From Fibrobacteria bacterium (GTDB lineage: Bacteria > Fibrobacterota > Fibrobacteria > UBA11236), in contig JBGTHM010000020.1 in the NCBI GenBank assembly GCA_041746255.1, forward strand, positions 1 through 13,366: a DNA stretch of 13,366 nucleotides, given 5' to 3'. Positions within the stretch are counted from its first letter, which is position 1. The number at the start of each line of letters is the position of its first letter. The notes under the pieces are model-generated. The model saw nothing but the letters and a program-made list of their open reading frames with translations, did not search any database and was not told where the DNA came from. Positions 7,989-13,366 of the stretch are shown piece by piece. The position numbers and the translations under genes are program-made.

Positions 7989-9274
7989 TGATTGCGGGTT
8001 GGCTGGTGGTGCTGGTCGCCTTGCTGTGCCTGCTCCTGGGAGTGCCGCTTTTCGGCGTGGTGGCGCTTTTAACGCTGGGACTGATTCATTTTCTCGGCGA
8101 CGGCTTCCTGCAGGAAATCGTGGGCGACATGTTCAACGCGGTAAACAAGGATATACTCCTGGCCATTCCTTTTTTCATCGTCGCGGGCCAGGTGATGACC
8201 GAAGGCACCATCGCGTTACGCATCATCCGGGTCGCCCGAGCGTGGCTCGGCTGGATGCCGGCCGGACTGGCCATCACGGCCGTGGGCGCCTGCGTTTTTT
8301 TCGCCGCCATATCCGGTTCGTCTCCCGTCACGCTTATCGCCATCGGTTCCGCGCTTTTCCCCGCCCTGACTCGCGAGGGTTATCGCGAGAATTTTTCCTT
8401 GGGACTGCTTCCCGCGGCCGGGTCGCTCGGCATTCTCATTCCTCCCAGCATCCCCATGATTCTTTATGCGATATCCGTATCGACTCCGGAGCGGCCGGTG
8501 GCCGTTGGGGATTTGTTCCTGGCAGGGGTGCTTCCCGGTTTGATGATAGCGGGGGTGCTCTGTGTCTATTCCATCGGAATGGAAGGTCTAAAAGCGAAAG
8601 TCCGATTCGATGCGGTCGAGGCGCGCGCATCTCTGAAGGCCGGCTTTTGGTCGCTTATGCTTCCCGTCCTTATTTTGGGAAGCATATATAGCGGTTTCGC
8701 TACTCCCACGGAGGCGGCGGCCCTGGGAGTTGTCTATGCCCTGGTCGTGGAACTGTGGGTGCATCGTGATTTGCGTATCCGGGCCGTGCCGAAAGTATTG
8801 GTGGAAGGCGCCTTGAGCATGGGCACGCTGTTTCTGCTCATCGTGCTGGCCATGGCGCTAAACCAATTCCTGGCCTTGGAGCGGATTCCGCAGCAGTTGG
8901 CCGAAGGGATGCAAAGCCTGGTCTCCAACAAGGTGGCCTTCGCGCTTTTGGTCAACATCTTTCTGCTGGTAGTCGGCTGCTTCATGGACGTTCTCTCGGC
9001 CATTCTGATACTGGGTCCGATTCTCGTTCCCATGGCTATGGCCTATGGATTCGATCCCGTGCATTTCGGAATCATTTTCATCGTGAATCTGGAAATCGGG
9101 TATTTGACCCCGCCCATGGGCATGAACCTCTTCGTGGCTTCGTCGGTTTTCAAGCGCCCGCTCGAGCAGGTAGTGATGGCTTCCCTGCCTTTCGTGGGGC
9201 TGATGATTGGCTGCCTGGCGCTGATTACCTGGCTTCCAGAGATTTCCCTGTGGTTGGGAAGATTCCTGGAATAA
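7988..9274 (+). CDS. dctM: TRAP transporter large permease DctM
   Basis: The true start is ATG 7988, overlapping the dctQ stop (TAATG). Motifs LLAIPFFI, FAAISGSS, LGILIPPSIPMI, TPTEAA, DPVHFG and IGYLTPPMG. Confidence 0.95.
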   Translation: MIAGWLVVLVALLCLLLGVPLFGVVALLTLGLIHFLGDGFLQEIVGDMFNAVNKDILLAIPFFIVAGQVMTEGTIALRIIRVARAWLGWMPAGLAITAVGACVFFAAISGSSPVTLIAIGSALFPALTREGYRENFSLGLLPAAGSLGILIPPSIPMILYAISVSTPERPVAVGDLFLAGVLPGLMIAGVLCVYSIGMEGLKAKVRFDAVEARASLKAGFWSLMLPVLILGSIYSGFATPTEAAALGVVYALVVELWVHRDLRIRAVPKVLVEGALSMGTLFLLIVLAMALNQFLALERIPQQLAEGMQSLVSNKVAFALLVNIFLLVVGCFMDVLSAILILGPILVPMAMAYGFDPVHFGIIFIVNLEIGYLTPPMGMNLFVASSVFKRPLEQVVMASLPFVGLMIGCLALITWLPEISLWLGRFLE

Positions 9275-9409
9275 GAATGCCTCAATAAATATTCGATCGC
9301 TTAGCGCACTTCGAGAAGTGCGGCCGGCAAAAGCCCCCCATCCGCCGAATCATGGACCCTATTTCCGGGCTCTAACGCTTTGGCTGATTCCACTAAAGCA
9401 AAACCGGAT

Positions 9410-9578
9410 TCTAATCTATTTTTATTCATTTTTTATTCACCACAAAAAGCCCCATTTCCCCACAAATGGATTTTTATGGCATTTAATGGGCATTTTACCT
9501 TTATTTTTAAATATTTTTAAAATAATTTTATTTTTTATTAAGGTTTTATTATTCACTTCGATTATATTTAGAACAAAG
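9410..9578 (+). promoter_or_regulatory. Extremely AT-rich promoter/regulatory region upstream of the TIGR02147-cytochrome operon
   Basis: Abrupt shift from GC-rich dctM to long A/T tracts with recurrent TTTTATT units. A TATATT -10-like hexamer lies at 9563-9568. Confidence 0.6.
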
Positions 9579-10430
9579 ATGAACAAGCAGCCCCCTTCTC
9601 CTTTCACCTATCTGGATTTCCGGCGTTTCCTGGAAGACGCCTTCGCCTTTCGCCAGGCCCATAATCCGAAATTCTCCCTACGCGCCTTTTCCAAGCTCGC
9701 CGGATATTCAACTCCGAACTTTCTCAAGTTGGTTACCGAAGGAAAATTGAACCTTAACCCCGAAACTGTGGCTGGGACGGCGAGAGCCCTGGGCCTTAAT
9801 AAAAAGGAGCAGGACTTTTTCGAGAGCCTCACGTGGTTCAATCAAGCAAAGGACCACGAGACCAAAAACCGATATTTTGAAAAGCTCTTGAAGGCGGAGC
9901 CCTATCGCACCTTCAAGATTCTCGGCGCCTCCCAATATCGATATTTTTCCCACTGGTATAATCCCGTCATCCGGGAGCTGGTGGTTCACCCGGATTTCGA
10001 CGGCTCCCCCGCTTGGATTGCGAAGAGAATCTTCCCAGCCATCACTGTGCCTCAGGCGAAAAAATCCCTGGCCCTGCTGAAGGAATTGAACCTTGTGCAA
10101 GTGGACGCAAGCGGCACCCGCTGGCATCAAACCGATTTGACCTTGGCTACCGAATCCGAAGCCGCCTCCCTGGCATTGATGAATTTTCACAAAGCCATGC
10201 TATCGGTCTCGTTGGAAGCGCTTCAACATTTCCCCTCTTCGCGCCGCGACTTTCGCTGCCTAACGGTTTCCCTATCCCCATCGGACTTTCGCGAACTCAA
10301 ATCACGCTTCGAAGATTTTTGGCGGGAGACGCTTCTCTTCGCCAATCGAAAATCCAACGCGGCCAATGTCTATCAAATCAACATGCAGGTCTTTCCCCTG
10401 ATGAGGGAGCCGGAGGAAGATAATGTATAA
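9579..10430 (+). CDS. TIGR02147-family protein (N-terminal HTH-like region plus DUF4423-like C-terminal domain)
   Basis: Start at ATG 9579; the longer ORF only reads through the AT-rich spacer. Hallmarks: FTYLDFRRFLED, KFSLRAFSKLAGYSTPNFLKLV, YFSHWYNPVIREL, FHKAML, RDFRCLT and VYQINMQVFPL. Confidence 0.9.
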   Translation: MNKQPPSPFTYLDFRRFLEDAFAFRQAHNPKFSLRAFSKLAGYSTPNFLKLVTEGKLNLNPETVAGTARALGLNKKEQDFFESLTWFNQAKDHETKNRYFEKLLKAEPYRTFKILGASQYRYFSHWYNPVIRELVVHPDFDGSPAWIAKRIFPAITVPQAKKSLALLKELNLVQVDASGTRWHQTDLTLATESEAASLALMNFHKAMLSVSLEALQHFPSSRRDFRCLTVSLSPSDFRELKSRFEDFWRETLLFANRKSNAANVYQINMQVFPLMREPEEDNV

Positions 10431-11247
10431 GCGATCCGTGTCGTACTTGTTTCAAATAATGGCCATGGTCGCGGCTTCCCACTTCTGGAGTTGTGAAGGT
10501 GGCACTGGTGCGGGCAATCCGGCCACGGAAACCCAAATCACCCTGCGCCTGGATGCGACCAACTCATCCCCAGGCGCCGACACATCCTTATACTTTTTGG
10601 ACCCACAAGGAACCCGCTTTCACATCCTCGAAGCCCAGGCCCATGTGCGCCATATCGAATTCGATCTACCCGACGGCACGAAATGCGGCGATGTGAAGCC
10701 GCAACCTCCCTTGACATGCGACTCCGAGCGTATAACCGCGGAGGGCCCCTATTTCGTGGATCTGGTGGAGGGAACCTCCGTGCCTTCACTCGGCCAAATT
10801 CGCGTGCCGGCCGGGAATTATTCCCGCATAGACGTCCGCTTCGCCGAGGCCGATGGCGGCGGCGGCAACCCGGTTCCCGCCGGACATCCCCTTGTCGGAA
10901 ATACGCTGGTCCTCAAGGCCACCTTCGCCTACCAGGGTAAAAATGATCGGCAACTCAGCCTCGCGCTCAAGTTTTCCGAGGACATGCGCTTCGAATCGGA
11001 CAATCAACTCCGGCTCCTGGCCACCAATGCCTATGCTGTTGTGATGAAAATCCCGGTTGACCAATGGATGAAAAACGTGAACTTCACCAAATGTCTACAG
11101 GACGGCGAATTGAAATTGGATGCCTCCGGCAATCTCTCGATCACCGACGATAGCGTCGGCGGCGGGGACTGCGGTGGAATTGAGAATACCATCAAGGACA
11201 ATTTGAAAAATTCCGGAGAATTGTCGAGTACGTTGCTGGAACGATGA
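10423..11247 (+). CDS. Predicted lipoprotein of unknown function (beta-rich, possibly DUF4382-like)
   Basis: Overlaps the TIGR02147 stop by 8 nt with GGAGG upstream. The signal ends FWSC (Cys at 10492), followed by EGGTGAGNP. VPAGNYSRIDVRF resembles DUF4382-type proteins. Four further Cys could form two disulfides. Confidence 0.65.
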   Translation: MYKRSVSYLFQIMAMVAASHFWSCEGGTGAGNPATETQITLRLDATNSSPGADTSLYFLDPQGTRFHILEAQAHVRHIEFDLPDGTKCGDVKPQPPLTCDSERITAEGPYFVDLVEGTSVPSLGQIRVPAGNYSRIDVRFAEADGGGGNPVPAGHPLVGNTLVLKATFAYQGKNDRQLSLALKFSEDMRFESDNQLRLLATNAYAVVMKIPVDQWMKNVNFTKCLQDGELKLDASGNLSITDDSVGGGDCGGIENTIKDNLKNSGELSSTLLER

Positions 11248-11308
11248 ACCAAGACTTGAACCAAACGACCGCTCTGCGCACAGCCATGTAAACAAGGGAG
11301 AGAACCGG

Positions 11309-11746
11309 ATGACCAATCGAACGAGCATGATAATTGCTTTGACCCTGGTATCGGCGATGGGTAGCGGGTATGGAGCGGAAAAAGTCTCCGCCAAGGCCGG
11401 CGAAGCGTTATTCAAGGCCAATTGCGTCGTGTGCCACGGCGAGGCAGGAGACGGCAAGGGGCTCGCCAGCTCCGGGCTCAATCCCAAGCCCCGTGATTTC
11501 ACCAAGGACGACTTCAAGCACAAAAGCACCCCCAAGGGAACCCCACCCACGGATGAGGATGTTCTGAATACCATTAAAAAGGGTGTTAAGGGAACCGGTA
11601 TGCCGCCTTGGGATGGAGCCTTGAACGCCGCTCAAATAAAGGACGTGGTAGCCTATATCAAAACCTTCAATCCCGAATACTGGGCGTCTCGTTCCGGTTC
11701 CAAGACCAAGATTAATGCTGATACCAAGCCCAAGGCCGACAAATGA
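11309..11746 (+). CDS. Periplasmic monoheme class I cytochrome c
   Basis: Signal peptide, GEALFKANCVVCHG (CxxCH at 11423-11437), PKPRDFT, and a distal Met in GTGMPPW. GGGAG RBS. Confidence 0.92.
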   Translation: MTNRTSMIIALTLVSAMGSGYGAEKVSAKAGEALFKANCVVCHGEAGDGKGLASSGLNPKPRDFTKDDFKHKSTPKGTPPTDEDVLNTIKKGVKGTGMPPWDGALNAAQIKDVVAYIKTFNPEYWASRSGSKTKINADTKPKADK

Positions 11747-13050
11747 CGCGGGCTCGGGACAACTTCCAGATAATAGCGATGACGGCTCTTTTGGCCGTTA
11801 TCCTGTCTTGTTCCGGCGATGGAGAAGGCGTTACCGCCAATGGCACCGGCCCGGCTAAGGCGAAACCCGGCGTCCCGACCTTCAGTTCCCCCTTGGCCGA
11901 TTCCCTGTTCAGCCAGGTACAGACCACGGTCTTCTCCGCCGTCTGCACCGACTGCCACTCGGGGGGGAGCGCACCCATGGGCTTGCAGCTTACCCCCTCG
12001 GACGCGGCTGCCCTGGTGGGCCGCTCCAGCGAGGGAAGGCCGGATCTCCTCCTAGTCACCCCCGGCGACCCGGATAACAGCTACTTGATTCACAAAATTG
12101 AAGGTCGTAACGGCATCATCGGAAAGCAAATGCCCCGCGACATGCCCGCTCTGACCTCCGTTCAGATTTCCTTGGTAAAAAGCTGGATTACCGCATTGGG
12201 ATCCGGCGCCCCCGTGGATACCTCCAAGCCCGGAAACACGGGAGTTACCCCGCCTCCAGGCGGCGGAACCAATCCACCTGTGGACACCGCGGGAACAGGC
12301 GGAGGAAACATCCCCACCGTCGACACTACGAAGCCCCCCATCGCCCCTCCGCCGGGAACGCCCCTGAGCGATTCCCTGTTTCGTAGAGTGCAGATGGAAA
12401 TTTTCACACCCATCTGCTCCGACTGCCATGTCGGTTCGTATGCTCCCAGTGGCCTCCAACTCTCGGCGGGGATATCCCATACCGTAATCGGCAAGGCCAG
12501 TGAAGGCAAGCCGGATATGGCCCTCGTCAAGCCGGGAAAACCGGATGAGAGCTATATAATCTGGAAAGTGGAAGGGCGCGCCGGTATTGTCGGCGAACGC
12601 ATGCCCCGCGACATGCCGGTCTTGTCGGCCGCCAACATTCAACTCATGAAGGACTGGATCGCTTCGCTCAACGAAAATGCCACACCGGGTCCAGTTGTGG
12701 ATACCACTTTCGTGCCCCCCGTGGACACTCTAGTGCCGGGATCCACCGAAGCGCTTTTCCAGGACGCGCGCAACATGGTCTTCGGACCCATATGCAGCCA
12801 ATGCCATATCGGCAGAGATGCTCCCGAGGACCTTCGCCTCGATGGGGATTACCCTTTGCGGGCCATTGGGAGGCGCAGCGATGAGAAAAAGGACGTGCTG
12901 CTCATCAAAGCCGGCGATCCCGACAACAGCTACCTGGTATGGAAAATCGAGGGACGCCGGGGCTCCGGCGACCGGATGCCACTGGATATGCCTCCGCTGA
13001 AGCCGGAGCAGATTCTGGCGGTACGCAAATGGATTGAATCGCTCCAATGA
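11743..13050 (+). CDS. Lipoprotein with three tandem monoheme cytochrome c domains joined by Pro/Gly/Thr-rich linkers
   Basis: ATGA overlap with the upstream gene and lipobox ILSC (Cys at 11809). CTDCH 11944-11958, CSDCH 12415-12429 and CSQCH 12793-12807 are each followed by AP-x-x-L-x-L, G-x-PD-x-SY-x-x-x-K-(I/V)-EG, MP-x-DMP and WI. Confidence 0.88.
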   Translation: MTRARDNFQIIAMTALLAVILSCSGDGEGVTANGTGPAKAKPGVPTFSSPLADSLFSQVQTTVFSAVCTDCHSGGSAPMGLQLTPSDAAALVGRSSEGRPDLLLVTPGDPDNSYLIHKIEGRNGIIGKQMPRDMPALTSVQISLVKSWITALGSGAPVDTSKPGNTGVTPPPGGGTNPPVDTAGTGGGNIPTVDTTKPPIAPPPGTPLSDSLFRRVQMEIFTPICSDCHVGSYAPSGLQLSAGISHTVIGKASEGKPDMALVKPGKPDESYIIWKVEGRAGIVGERMPRDMPVLSAANIQLMKDWIASLNENATPGPVVDTTFVPPVDTLVPGSTEALFQDARNMVFGPICSQCHIGRDAPEDLRLDGDYPLRAIGRRSDEKKDVLLIKAGDPDNSYLVWKIEGRRGSGDRMPLDMPPLKPEQILAVRKWIESLQ

Positions 13051-13228
13051 AAAAGGATTATATGGCCTGGATGAAAATAAAAAGGATGGCCCTGTTCCTG
13101 TTGGCGGTCGGCATCCCGGCCGCGCATGGAGAACCGTTTCTGGCGGTGCAAACAGGGCTCAAATGCACCCAATGCCATGTCAACCGCACGGGGGGTGGCA
13201 TGCGAAACGACTTCGGACTCACCTTCAG
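13047..13228 (+). pseudogene. 5' part of a Cyc2-like (N-terminal heme, probable porin fusion) cytochrome c gene, apparently interrupted by an IS
   Basis: Absent from the ORF track because the frame has no stop before the window end. ATG 13047 overlaps the upstream TGA; alternative starts are 13062 and 13071. Translates as ...MKIKRMALFLLAVGIPAAHG|EPFLAVQTGLKCTQCHVNRTGGGMRNDFGLTF, with CxxCH at 13164-13178. Confidence 0.7.
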
Positions 13229-13366
13229 TGCAGAATCCGGTGAAAGTGACCGGGCGATCCGGTTCAAAGTGACCGACAGCCACCCTTGTCATAGCCGGTC
13301 ACCATGGACCGGATTTCAACCGATTAGAAGTTACTCATTGCCGGTCACTTTGGGTACGGATTTTGG
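13229..13366. mobile_element. Terminal region of a probable IS21-family (IS408-like) insertion sequence, truncated by the window end
   Basis: Begins with TG (TGCAGAATCCGG...). Direct repeats ATCCGGTGAAAGTGACCG 13235-13252 and ATCCGGTTCAAAGTGACCG 13257-13275. Inverted copies CGGTCACCATGGACCGGAT 13296-13314 and CGGTCACTTTGGGTACGGAT 13342-13361. Multiple subterminal repeats and 5'-TG ends are typical of IS21 elements. No transposase is present in the window. Confidence 0.72.

Noticed and set aside
9318..9578. 87-aa hydrophobic N-terminal extension of the TIGR02147 ORF
   Set aside because: It is Phe/Ile/Leu-rich only because it reads through the AT-rich spacer; family similarity starts at Met 9579.
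13034..13243. 69-aa + strand ORF in the track
   Set aside because: It is in the wrong frame; the overlapping frame from 13047 has the signal peptide and CxxCH.
37..13292. Numerous minus-strand and nested ORFs, e.g. 7001..7744 and 12052..12642
   Set aside because: All lie over well-supported + strand genes and show no recognisable motifs; they are shadow ORFs.
13235..13361. Repeats considered as a CRISPR array or terminator
   Set aside because: The repeats are in mixed orientation with irregular, very short spacers and no cas genes; they fit IS21 subterminal repeats better.

Overview
Bacterial genomic window with all credible genes on the + strand. The gene content (TIGR02147-like gene, T9SS-like C-terminal domains) suggests Fibrobacterota or a related FCB lineage; this is inference. 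There are four blocks. (1) 1-4320: four tandem genes for putatively secreted proteins, each ending in a T9SS/FlgD-Ig-like C-terminal domain. They are a 5'-truncated alginate-lyase-family protein, two divergent PL7-like lyase candidates and a nucleoside-hydrolase-like protein; a repeat-rich, potentially structured 325-bp spacer precedes the last. (2) 4430-5392: an MDR-family NAD(P)-dependent oxidoreductase. (3) 5503-9274: a complete TatT-containing TRAP (TPAT) transporter operon. (4) 9579-end: after a very AT-rich promoter region come a TIGR02147-family protein, a lipoprotein, a monoheme cytochrome c, a lipoprotein with three repeated monoheme domains, and the start of a Cyc2-like cytochrome gene missing from the ORF track. 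That last gene appears to be interrupted at 13229 by the end of an IS21-family element running to the window edge. The most notable candidates are this putative envelope-spanning cytochrome conduit, the IS end inside it, and the 2.9-3.1 kb structured spacer. All family assignments come from motif recognition by eye; no database searches were run.
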